Positions 49,507 through 59,173 of a DNA stretch of 64,000 nucleotides are shown here, piece after piece. The position numbers and the translations under genes were made by a program. The notes under the pieces are model-generated. The model was given only the letters and a program-made list of their open reading frames with translations, was not told the DNA's origin and searched no databases. Positions within the stretch are counted from its first letter, which is position 1. Each line of letters starts with the position of its first letter. The DNA comes from an uncultured Dehalococcoidales bacterium (GTDB lineage: Bacteria > Chloroflexota > Dehalococcoidia > GIF9 > UBA5629), in assembly GCA_964548415.1 (NCBI GenBank), contig CAZJQG010000007.1, positions 3,385-67,384 on the forward strand, given 5' to 3'.

Positions 49507-49728
49507 ATTCAGGAGTCGTTCCCAAAATGGACTAAGCGGCCACAAGCCTCCTGATATTACAGAAACGGAGGTTCTGCGAGCCAATGACCGATGCAAAACT
49601 TGCACCGAGCCACCCGGCTCAAACTCAGGTGAACTGATGGCACTTGATATCAGTCAAGGCTTTCACCTCCTTCCGTGATGCCCAAGAGCGCATCCGTCGA
49701 CAAGCTCAGGATGAACGGCAGAAAAAAA
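49507..49728 (-). promoter_or_regulatory. structured RNA leader / unclassified riboswitch-like element
   Basis: Minus strand contains the long-range helix CACGGAAGGAGGU...ACCUCCGUUUCUGU enclosing the hairpins CUGAU..AUCAG, GAGCC-GGGU-GGCUC and UGCAA-GUU-UUGCA. A 7-bp hairpin UCAGGAG..CUCCUGA follows, then the terminator. Confidence 0.4.
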
Positions 49729-50793
49729 TTATTTTGAGTCGCTTAAGCGCTTCTTCAGGTATTCGATAACTGTGACCGGTGTGGGATCGATTTCGTTAAG
49801 TATAGCGATGTAGTAGCTGACCCAGTCGCCCAGGTATAGCAGGCCCATCATCTGGCTCAGTTCGTTTTCAGCCCGGCTGTCAATGGTCTCATGGCTGATT
49901 CCGCTCTGCTTCAAAAGCTCGGCGGTTATCTGATAGCGAAGTAAAATACGTGGATGTAGTGAAGGGCACCGGAGCAGCACCACGTATATTTTAGAGGCCA
50001 GCTCCCGTGGGAACTGGTAGCCGACGACGGCGTTATGGTTAAGCTCGGAGAAGGTCTCGTAAAAAGCCCATGATTTACCGTTCTCGTTAATCTGTGTCTT
50101 CCAGCGATGGGCTACCTCGGAGAGAATGCCGGCGCCGTAAATGACCGCTACCTTGCCATGCAATTCCTTAGCCAATTGTTTCGCTCGATTTGAGCCCGTC
50201 GTCACGGTCTCTTGAAGCTCGCCGAGCACCTTATCCAGGTCCTGAATCATGGACTTGACCTCATCCTTTTTGTTTGAGACGAGTCCCAGCTGCTGTAAGA
50301 AGGCTATTAATGATATAAAACCGTAGCCTAAGGCTGCCCTCGGCTGGCCTTTGTAGTCTATGACGAACACCGGAACTCCCGCGGCTTCGGCCATTCTCTT
50401 AAGCTCGCCTCCCGTCGTCATGGCCAGCTTTTTACATTTCCTCTCAAGAGTCTGGGAAAAGGCCGAAAGCGTTTCTTCGGTGTTGCCCGAGTAGCTCGAG
50501 GCGATGACCAGCGTCCTATCATCGACGAAGGCCGGCAGGTCGTATTCCCGGCTGACGAAGATAATCGGTTTCTTTTGCCCCGAAAACAGGCTGCGGACCA
50601 GGTCGCCGCCTATAGCCGATCCGCCCATGCCAAGGATGACTACTTTATTGACGTCTGCGTAATCGGCTGGCAATTTGAACTTGCTGGCCCTGTCCCACGC
50701 GGTGCGGCACTGCTCGGGCAAGCCGTGAAGATGCCCCCGCATGTTTTCGGGCTCGATTTTGTCATATATTCTAACGTCGTCCAAATTAACCAT
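49729..50793 (-). CDS. bifunctional phosphoglucose/phosphomannose isomerase (SIS-domain, archaeal-type PGI/PMI)
   Basis: 354 aa; VVILGMGGSAIGGDL, IASSYSGNTEET, two SIS domains. Confidence 0.8.
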   Translation of the reverse strand: MVNLDDVRIYDKIEPENMRGHLHGLPEQCRTAWDRASKFKLPADYADVNKVVILGMGGSAIGGDLVRSLFSGQKKPIIFVSREYDLPAFVDDRTLVIASSYSGNTEETLSAFSQTLERKCKKLAMTTGGELKRMAEAAGVPVFVIDYKGQPRAALGYGFISLIAFLQQLGLVSNKKDEVKSMIQDLDKVLGELQETVTTGSNRAKQLAKELHGKVAVIYGAGILSEVAHRWKTQINENGKSWAFYETFSELNHNAVVGYQFPRELASKIYVVLLRCPSLHPRILLRYQITAELLKQSGISHETIDSRAENELSQMMGLLYLGDWVSYYIAILNEIDPTPVTVIEYLKKRLSDSK

Positions 50794-50796
50794 GGC

Positions 50797-52221
50797 TTAT
50801 AATCCTAATAACTTTTTACCGCCGTCCAGTATTTTCTGCACTTGCTTCTCGGTTCCGGCCTCAGCATAGATGCGGATGAGCGGCTCGGTGCCCGAAAAAC
50901 GTATCAGCAGCCAGGAGTCGTCCTTCAAAATGTAGCGGAAGCCGTCAGTGGTATCGACCCTGGCTACTTCAGTACCGGCTATCGACTTCACAGTGTTCTT
51001 CTTCAGCCTGTCTGTATATTTTTGGCGCGCCTTTTCATCGAAATGAACATCAATCCGGTCGTAGTAGTGGGGCCCGACCTTACTGAACAGATAATCGAGC
51101 AATTGCGACGGCGTCTTGCCGGTTTTTATCATGAAGTCCAGGAAATACAGTCCGGCCAGTATGCCGTCCCGCTCGGGCACGTGACCGCGGAAGCCGTAGC
51201 CGCCGCTTTCTTCCCCGCCGACAAGCGCATTCTTCTCCACCATCAACGGCGCCACATATTTAAAGCCGACCGGCGTCTCGTAAACCGGCACGTTAAACAG
51301 CTTGCCCAGCCGGTCAATCATCATGGTATCGCTCAAAGTCTTAATTATGGCACCCCGCTCGCCCCGGACTTCGAGAAAATATAGCACCAGCAGGGCAAAG
51401 ACCTGCAGCTGGTTGATGAAGTTACCCTTCTCATCGACGATGCCGATGCGGTCGGCGTCGCCATCGTTGGCTATGCCCACGTTGGCCTTCTGTTCCACTA
51501 TCGTTTTGGAAAGCTTGATTAGATTCTTGGCGATGGGCTCCGGGTTTATTCCGGGAAAAGAGGGATTGCGCTCGCCGTTAATCGGAATCACTTCTACTTT
51601 GCTGCCTTCAAAGAGTTCCGTGAAGTAGCCGATGCCCGCTCCGTACATGGAATCTACGATAACCTTCATTTGGCTGCGGCGTATAGCTTCCAGGTCGATG
51701 AGCCGTTTTAACTGCTTGAAATAATCCGGGTCGGGGTTCAAATAGATTATTAGTTTGCTTTTCAGGTCGTCGGCCAGCGGTATTCGGTTTATCCTGCCGG
51801 TGGTGACAGCTTTGTTCGCGTTCTTCTCTATCTCCGAGGCAACCTCGGATGGGGCGCTGGCTCCCAGGTCGTCCTTGAATTTAAAGCCGTTCCACCGCGC
51901 CGGGTTGTGGCTGGCGGTAATTATAATGCCGCCGGCCGATTTTGTATCGGTCACGGTATAGCTAATCACCGGTGTTGGCGCTGCCTTGGAACAGAGGTAC
52001 ACTTTAATTTTATTGGCGGCAATCACCTCGGCAGCAGCAGCGGCGAAATCTTCGGACGCAAACCTCATGTCATAACCGATGACCAGCCCGCGGCCGGCAA
52101 GTCTGGCCCGTTTTAAATAGTCGGCTACGCCCTGGGCGCAGGCGCGAACGTTATCGAAGGTGAAGTCCTCGGCGATAACCGCCCGCCAGCCATCGGTGCC
52201 GAACCGGATGACGCTTTCCAT
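50797..52221 (-). CDS. phosphoglucomutase/phosphomannomutase
   Basis: FGTDGWRA, ITASHNPARWNGFK (phosphoserine loop), NDGDADR, GEESGG. Confidence 0.92.
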   Translation of the reverse strand: MESVIRFGTDGWRAVIAEDFTFDNVRACAQGVADYLKRARLAGRGLVIGYDMRFASEDFAAAAAEVIAANKIKVYLCSKAAPTPVISYTVTDTKSAGGIIITASHNPARWNGFKFKDDLGASAPSEVASEIEKNANKAVTTGRINRIPLADDLKSKLIIYLNPDPDYFKQLKRLIDLEAIRRSQMKVIVDSMYGAGIGYFTELFEGSKVEVIPINGERNPSFPGINPEPIAKNLIKLSKTIVEQKANVGIANDGDADRIGIVDEKGNFINQLQVFALLVLYFLEVRGERGAIIKTLSDTMMIDRLGKLFNVPVYETPVGFKYVAPLMVEKNALVGGEESGGYGFRGHVPERDGILAGLYFLDFMIKTGKTPSQLLDYLFSKVGPHYYDRIDVHFDEKARQKYTDRLKKNTVKSIAGTEVARVDTTDGFRYILKDDSWLLIRFSGTEPLIRIYAEAGTEKQVQKILDGGKKLLGL

Positions 52222-52226
52222 CTAAT

Positions 52227-53438
52227 TTATAGCCCTGCCTCAGCCTTTAGCATCGCGGACTTATCTGTCTTCTCCCAGGGCAACTCCAGGTCCTCCCGGC
52301 CGAAGTGGCCGTAGGTAGCGGTCTGGCGGTAAATCGGCCGCCGCAGGTCGAGGTATCTGATTATCGCCTCCGGTCTAAAATCGAACTGCTCTTTGATCAG
52401 CGCGTTAATCTTGTCGTCGGATACTTTACCGGTGCCGAATGTTTCGCAGGATATCGACAGGGGATGGGCCACACCGATAGCGTAGGCTACCTGCACTTCG
52501 ATTCGGTCGGCGAGGCCCGCCGCCACCAGATTCTTAGCGGCATAGCGTGCCATGTAGCTGGCTGAGCGGTCGACCTTGGTCGGGTCTTTGCCGGAGAAGG
52601 CTCCGCCGCCGTGACGGGCATATCCGCCGTAGGTATCCACCAGTAGCTTGCGTCCGGTGAAACCGGTATCGGATACGGGCCCGCCGATGACGAAGCGACC
52701 GGCTCCATTAACGTAATACTTCGTGTTTTTATCGAGCAGCTTGGCCGGAATAACCGGTTTTATAACCTGCTCGATTATGTCTTTTCGGATGGTTGCGTTA
52801 TCCACGTCGTCGTTGTGCTGAGCGCCGATAACTACAGAATCAACTCTCCTGGGCAACCCGCGGCAGTATTCAACAGTTACCTGCGACTTGCCGTCCGGGC
52901 GAAGATATTTGAGCGTTTTATCCCGTCTCACCCGGGCCAGTCGGCGAGTTAGCTTATTGGCCAGTGATATGGGCAGTGGCATCAGTTCCGGCGTCTCGTT
53001 ACAGGCGAAACCGAACATCATCCCCTGGTCGCCGGCGCCGGTCTTGTCCAGCTCGTCAACGGCCTTCTTTTCGTCTCTGACCTCCAGCGCCTGGCTGACG
53101 CCGGCCGAGATATCCGCGGACTGCTGCTTAATGGATACCAGCGTGCCGCAGCTCTTGTAATCGAAGCCGTACTCCGGCTTTATGTAGCCGGCGTCGCGGA
53201 CCACATTGCGTACGATTTCAGGTATTTCTATATAACAGCTGGTGGTGATTTCACCCAGGACTATCACCAGACCTATTGTAACCGCCACTTCACAGGCAAC
53301 TCTGCCGTAAGGGTCTTGGTGCATTATGGCATCGAGTACGGCATCCGAAATCTGGTCGCAGAGTTTGTCCGGATGTCCTTCGGTTACCGACTCTGAAGCA
53401 AAATAATAAGACTCTTGGTCACAGAAGCTGTTCGACAT
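52227..53438 (-). CDS. metK: S-adenosylmethionine synthetase
   Basis: [48 protein letters not shown]. Confidence 0.97.
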   Translation of the reverse strand: MSNSFCDQESYYFASESVTEGHPDKLCDQISDAVLDAIMHQDPYGRVACEVAVTIGLVIVLGEITTSCYIEIPEIVRNVVRDAGYIKPEYGFDYKSCGTLVSIKQQSADISAGVSQALEVRDEKKAVDELDKTGAGDQGMMFGFACNETPELMPLPISLANKLTRRLARVRRDKTLKYLRPDGKSQVTVEYCRGLPRRVDSVVIGAQHNDDVDNATIRKDIIEQVIKPVIPAKLLDKNTKYYVNGAGRFVIGGPVSDTGFTGRKLLVDTYGGYARHGGGAFSGKDPTKVDRSASYMARYAAKNLVAAGLADRIEVQVAYAIGVAHPLSISCETFGTGKVSDDKINALIKEQFDFRPEAIIRYLDLRRPIYRQTATYGHFGREDLELPWEKTDKSAMLKAEAGL

Positions 53439-53452
53439 TCTATCTCCTTTAA

Positions 53453-54810
<1,358 letters not shown>

Positions 54811-54892
54811 ATTAATAGTTGTTAACTACGGTCACAACAACCCCATATTATAGAGTATCTGAAAGCTGTCTGCATTAGGTGGCGATTTCCGC

Positions 54893-55756
54893 CTAAATGA
54901 ACTGCTGCGCCACCCAGTCGGGCACATCCACCGCGCCCATGACAATCGGCTTCTGGTGGCAGTCGCTGCCGCCGGTCATGAGTAAATGGTGCTCTCTGGC
55001 AAATTTAACGTAATGGCCGGAAGTCCTGGTATCGTTTCTGGCATGCCAGCACTCGACGCCGTCGATGTCATCCAGCATATATTTTGCGATGATGTCGGTT
55101 TGCCCCTTCAAATCAGGCGTTACGCTTTCAAGCGATGTCCCGTGGGGGTCGTTGGGATGCGCCAGCACCAGCTTGCCGCCGGCGTTCCGGATTAACTTCG
55201 ATGCCTCGGCTAGCGACAAAGGGAACTTGGGTACGTCCAACCTAACCAGGTACCTGTCGAACGCTTCCTGGACGCTGCCGACAATCCCCTTTTTCAGCAG
55301 GTATCTGGCGATGTGGGGTCGACCGAAAGAGCCGTCGACGCTGTCCTGGATGTTCTTGATGTCTGCGGCATCGAACTTCGGGATATTCTCTTTGGCGAAT
55401 TCGGCATTCAATCTGTCCAGAATTTCGCGGGCCCTGACCTCCCTGCGCTCCCTTATGGTTTCCAGCTTGTTTCTCAATTTGCGATTGTGGTGGTCGTACT
55501 GGTAGCCCAGGAAGTCAAGTGAAATGGTCTTGCCCAATTGGGACGGATGTGGAAAGGTTACGTTCAGCTCCACACCGGTTATGTAGCCTATGCCGTATTT
55601 TTGGGCCAGGGCGATGGCTTCATCCTGGCATTCTATGTTGTCGTGGTCGGTCAGCGATAGCAAGTCGATGCCCCTCTTGGCGGCTTCCGCCACTACTTCG
55701 GATACAGGCAGGCTGCCGTCCGAACAGGCGGTATGAACGTGAAGGTCAATCTTCAT
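54893..55756 (-). CDS. PHP-domain phosphoesterase (TrpH/YciV-like)
   Basis: MKIDLHVHTACSDGS, LSLTDHD, and later His/Asp metal ligands (LAHPN, GGSDCH). Confidence 0.85.
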   Translation of the reverse strand: MKIDLHVHTACSDGSLPVSEVVAEAAKRGIDLLSLTDHDNIECQDEAIALAQKYGIGYITGVELNVTFPHPSQLGKTISLDFLGYQYDHHNRKLRNKLETIRERREVRAREILDRLNAEFAKENIPKFDAADIKNIQDSVDGSFGRPHIARYLLKKGIVGSVQEAFDRYLVRLDVPKFPLSLAEASKLIRNAGGKLVLAHPNDPHGTSLESVTPDLKGQTDIIAKYMLDDIDGVECWHARNDTRTSGHYVKFAREHHLLMTGGSDCHQKPIVMGAVDVPDWVAQQFI

Positions 55757-56368
55757 CTACTTCTTGTTCACGCTGGTGACGTACCAGTCCTCCGGCTGGT
55801 CTTTGCTGGTGTCGACTACAAAGTGGATAACATTGAGTTCGGGGTAGGTCGACTTTATATCGTTCACATCAACTGCTTCGAACTTCTTTTTGTTGCTTAA
55901 ATACGCCTCTTCTGTAATTGCGTTCGATTCATAATTTTCCTTGGTGCGCTTCAGGATGCGCCCGATGGATACCTCCTGGGGGCAGTCCGTCTGCATGATG
56001 ATGAAGGTAAGGTTGTGCTTGGCGGCAATGGCAGCGGCCCGGCGCCTTAATTCCTGGGTAACGAAGGTGGCATCCAGAATCACGCCGTTTTTCTTTTCCA
56101 GGGACTTTTCGGCGCGGGAGAACATCTCATCGTAGACCAGCGTCCGTTTGTCCATTCTGGAGGCCTCTTTTTCATTCCATATATCCTCGCTTTTCATCAC
56201 CTCGAGCCTTATCAGGTCGGTGCGGAGGAGCGGATAGCCCTTTATTTTCTCAACCTCTTCGGTGGTCTCGGTTTTCCATGTCCCCGGCAGGCCGCAGACG
56301 ATGAGCAGGAAGCCGGTGCCCAGCTCGTTTTTCACAAATTCGGCAAAGGGTTTTTTCACTTTATCCAC
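55757..56368 (-). CDS. P-loop kinase-like protein (AAA_33-like) with atypical Walker A
   Basis: LLIVCGLPGTWKTETT (W where the GK[ST] glycine is expected) and a VILDATF Walker B-like strand. Its stop abuts the PHP start. Confidence 0.65.
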   Translation of the reverse strand: MDKVKKPFAEFVKNELGTGFLLIVCGLPGTWKTETTEEVEKIKGYPLLRTDLIRLEVMKSEDIWNEKEASRMDKRTLVYDEMFSRAEKSLEKKNGVILDATFVTQELRRRAAAIAAKHNLTFIIMQTDCPQEVSIGRILKRTKENYESNAITEEAYLSNKKKFEAVDVNDIKSTYPELNVIHFVVDTSKDQPEDWYVTSVNKK

Positions 56369-56383
56369 TCCTTTTCTACTATA

Positions 56384-57385
56384 TCACACATAGGATTCAG
56401 CCAGCGCGAAATACATCCTGGCGGTATCGAAGGCAATTTTCCTCTCGGTTTCGGTTATATAGCGGTCGTCCTGCATGAAGCTGGCCACCTTGCCCCTGAC
56501 GTAGGCGCGGTAACACTTGTAGAAATTAAGCAGCTGCATCAGGTCCTTATCGCCGCTCAGACGCACGTAGGCATTGACGAAGGCCCGTGACAGCTCGGGG
56601 TGTTGAAACCGGTCAAGGTCCATGGCCAGGAAGGCTACCTCGGAGGCGACGTCTCCGTATCGGAAGCGGTCATTGAACTCGATGCAGTCGTAGATGCAGA
56701 TGCCGTCAACCAGGCAAACATGGGCGGCGTGCAGGTCGCCGTGGCAGTCCCTTATCCTGCCTTCTTTGACACGCTTATCGAACAGCGACTTATTGGCTTT
56801 GAGAAAGTCCTTGGTATAGGCCTTGATTTTACGGTAAATATTGCCGGGTATCGATATATCTATATACTTCTCGGTCTGGTCGAAGTTTTCATCGGTGTTC
56901 ACTTTGATTGCCTGCTGTTTCCCGAAGGCGCTGATACCCTCACTGGTTTTAGCCTGCCCGTGAAATGCCGCCAGCTTATCGGCCACCCTGGCCACCATAT
57001 CTTCTGTCACCAGGTTCTGAGGCAGCAGTTTGTCCATCATCCGGTCCGCCGGTAGGGACTTCATTTTAACGGCGTACTCGATAACCTCGCCTTTGCCGCC
57101 GATGTAGATTTGTCCGGCCCTGCTTACAATAGGCACCACCTCAAGATAAACTTCGGGGCATAAACGCCTGTTAAGCTCCAGTTCCTGATTGCAGAAAAAC
57201 CGGCGCTTCTCCAGCGTGGTGTAGTCCAGGTAGCCCAGGTCTACCGGCTTCTTGACCTTGTAGACGAGGTCCCCGGCCAGGAAGATGAAAGACATCTGCG
57301 TCTGCACCAGCTCCACCTTTTGCGGGTGGTGGGCGTAGGTTTCCGGTTTAAGCAGTACTTGAATAAAAGCTGGTTGGCTGGTCAT
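56384..57385 (-). CDS. aminoglycoside-phosphotransferase-fold (APH/protein-kinase-like) kinase
   Basis: LVYKVKKPV (Lys), catalytic HGDLHAAHV, DCIEFNDRFRYGD (DFG-like metal site). A family often seen fused or adjacent to a P-loop ATP-binding protein. Confidence 0.75.
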   Translation of the reverse strand: MTSQPAFIQVLLKPETYAHHPQKVELVQTQMSFIFLAGDLVYKVKKPVDLGYLDYTTLEKRRFFCNQELELNRRLCPEVYLEVVPIVSRAGQIYIGGKGEVIEYAVKMKSLPADRMMDKLLPQNLVTEDMVARVADKLAAFHGQAKTSEGISAFGKQQAIKVNTDENFDQTEKYIDISIPGNIYRKIKAYTKDFLKANKSLFDKRVKEGRIRDCHGDLHAAHVCLVDGICIYDCIEFNDRFRYGDVASEVAFLAMDLDRFQHPELSRAFVNAYVRLSGDKDLMQLLNFYKCYRAYVRGKVASFMQDDRYITETERKIAFDTARMYFALAESYV

Positions 57386-57388
57386 CTT

Positions 57389-58279
57389 CTAATGTAAAAG
57401 GTCTATTTTCAAATGGCACACACTACAATAAGTCGCCCGTTTATAGTCCGTATCCTGCACGCCGACGGAAAAATACATGACGCATTTTGGATCCGGGCAG
57501 TGCTCCAGTCCCAAAGTGTGGCCCAGCTCATGGACCGCCTCCTTGGTAGCTCTGTTTAAAAGAAGTGCCTCACTTGAAAGCTTACTGAAACGGTGCTCTC
57601 TCAAACGAGACACAGAAATAAGCCCAATTCGCCCGCGAAGCTCCCCCAGGCCGAGTATGAAGTTACCCCCTGGCACAAAAAGGTCGCCATCGACTATGCC
57701 CAGGACCTTTTCGCCTCTAGCCGCTCCTGATTCATGCAGTTGCAAGAGAAGCTCTGATGCTTCGTATTGCCCTCGCTGCGGAATATATGCTTCGTCCAGG
57801 TTGTAATATTTGCGTACTATCTCAACCGGGCAGCCGAACATCTTCTCCAGTCTTTCCTTAAGCCCATCCAGTATATACTGGTCGACATCGCCGATCGGCT
57901 TTAGAGTTATCTTGGCCAGGGTTGGGATCATCAGTGGCGTAGGCGCAGACACTGTGATTGTGACCGATCGTGTAACACTTCCAATGCTGTTGCCGGCGGT
58001 TAATGTGTAAGTTGTATCGGAAGCCGGGGATACTAAAACTGATCCCACTGTCGGCACGACGCTGCCGATTCCCTGGTCTATCTGGACGCTGGTGGCATCG
58101 GTTATAATCCAGAATAGTGTCGTTGAATCCCCCTCCATTATGCTGTCCTCAGTAGATACGAAGGCAACGGTTGGGGGAGCAGTCACCTCATCAGTCGATG
58201 CCGTAAAACAGGCGGTCGGCATCAACACCAAACCGCACATTAGAAGTAGTAGGGAATGAAATAAAATGGTTTTATTCAT
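57389..58279 (-). CDS. archaemetzincin-like zinc protease with N-terminal signal/lipoprotein-like peptide and Ig-like domain
   Basis: MNKTILFHSLLLLMCGLVLMPTAC, then the Ig-like segment TLFWIITDATSVQIDQGIGSV..TYTLTAGNSIGS, then HELGHTLGLEHCPDPKCVM..CSVC (HExxHxxGxxxCxxxxCxM...CxxC). Confidence 0.8.
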   Translation of the reverse strand: MNKTILFHSLLLLMCGLVLMPTACFTASTDEVTAPPTVAFVSTEDSIMEGDSTTLFWIITDATSVQIDQGIGSVVPTVGSVLVSPASDTTYTLTAGNSIGSVTRSVTITVSAPTPLMIPTLAKITLKPIGDVDQYILDGLKERLEKMFGCPVEIVRKYYNLDEAYIPQRGQYEASELLLQLHESGAARGEKVLGIVDGDLFVPGGNFILGLGELRGRIGLISVSRLREHRFSKLSSEALLLNRATKEAVHELGHTLGLEHCPDPKCVMYFSVGVQDTDYKRATYCSVCHLKIDLLH

Positions 58280-58505
58280 GGGTACTAAGCGAACTGAGTA
58301 TAACGGCGGGAATTTTAAGTGTCAATATTTGATTTAAGTCCCCACTCCCGGACGGGAAACGTTGGGACATGGCTTTAGCCTTGTCCGCAACCAACGGACA
58401 GACCTTCAGGTCTGTCCCTACACAACTGAAAAGGGAAGTTTAAGAGGGGGCACAGCCCCTCTTCGTAAAACCACTTTTTCCTCTCCCTGTTACTTATATT
58501 TGCTT

Positions 58506-58620
58506 GTCATTCTGAGGGAGTCCCGATAAAACGGGGATGACCGGAGAATCTCGGTGGTGGGATGAGATTCTTCGCGGAGTCTATCCTGAGGAGACTTATC
58601 GACGAAGGGCTCACAATGAC
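58506..58620. repeat. degenerate copy (B) of the nested-palindrome element GTCATTCTGAGGGAGTCCCGAT...
   Basis: The first 23 nt are identical to the copy at 61414. Termini are GTCATTCTGAG / CTCACAATGAC, with internal GAGAATCTC..GAGATTCTT arms. Confidence 0.8.
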
Positions 58621-58676
58621 ACACGGTGGAGACCACTGGCGGGAGGTGGTCAGGTAAGGGTGAACAGATATTGAAA

Positions 58677-58722
58677 GTAAAATCCGCCATGGTTCGACTG
58701 GCTCACCACGAGCGGATTTTAC
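58677..58722 (-). terminator. long hairpin after the DUF35 gene (possible terminator)
   Basis: GUAAAAUCCGC-N24-GCGGAUUUUAC followed by UUUCAAUAU on the minus strand, starting 12 nt after the stop codon. Confidence 0.45.
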
Positions 58723-58734
58723 TTAAAATCCTCG

Positions 58735-59142
58735 TTACGCGAGGCTGAACAGCGGCCGGGCCTCGTCGCCGCCGGAGTATTTATCGCCGGGGAAAACGGC
58801 GTGCGACATCTTGACCTTTTTGCCCATGATATCCATGGTCACCTTGTTGGGGTCGATTCCAGACAGGTTGCCCATTATCCATGGGCCTTCATCCAGCTCG
58901 GTCATGACGATGACGTACGGGCATTCGCTTTCGCGGCCTTCGGGAGCCACGAACACCGTGGTGAAGGTCTGTATTTTGCCCTGGCCGATCAACTCAACTA
59001 CTTCCAGGTCCGTGCCCGCGCACTGGCTGCAGGTTATCCTGGGCGGAACGGTAATGGCACCGCATCCTTTACATTTTAGCCCCAGCAGCTTGTTCTGTTT
59101 CAGGGCTTCGTTATATTGTTTGAAATTCAGTTTATGTTCCAT
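58735..59142 (-). CDS. DUF35 OB-fold/zinc-ribbon protein (thiolase-associated)
   Basis: CKGCGAITVPPRITCSQCAG rubredoxin-like ribbon, then an OB fold; 135 aa; downstream of the thiolase. Confidence 0.85.
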   Translation of the reverse strand: MEHKLNFKQYNEALKQNKLLGLKCKGCGAITVPPRITCSQCAGTDLEVVELIGQGKIQTFTTVFVAPEGRESECPYVIVMTELDEGPWIMGNLSGIDPNKVTMDIMGKKVKMSHAVFPGDKYSGGDEARPLFSLA

Positions 59143-59173
59143 TTCTTTTCTCCTCGCGAATTAAGCGACGACC

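Noticed and set aside
49507-49728. Considered SRP (4.5S) RNA because of CACGGAAGGAGGUGAAAGCC, as well as 6S RNA and a T-box (CCGGGUGGCUCGGUG)
   Set aside because: The SRP domain IV consensus (GGAA tetraloop flanked by AGCA/GGAAGCAGCC-type loops) is not matched. The 5' and 3' ends do not pair as a 6S-like rod. The T-box-like 13-mer has several mismatches and lies about 130 nt from the terminator instead of inside the antiterminator.
58346-58357. TCCCG-GA-CGGGA as another hairpin in the spacer
   Set aside because: The loop is only 2 nt, so it is sterically implausible as an RNA hairpin.
58490-58690. 66-aa ORF (..LRSSPFYRDSLRMTSKYK), and similarly the 107-aa ORF at 61409-61732 (MPCHSEGVPISSGRPKNL..LRMTQ)
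   Set aside because: Both are translations of the nested palindromic elements and neighbouring hairpins. They have no RBS, and the similar peptide ends arise from the shared repeat.
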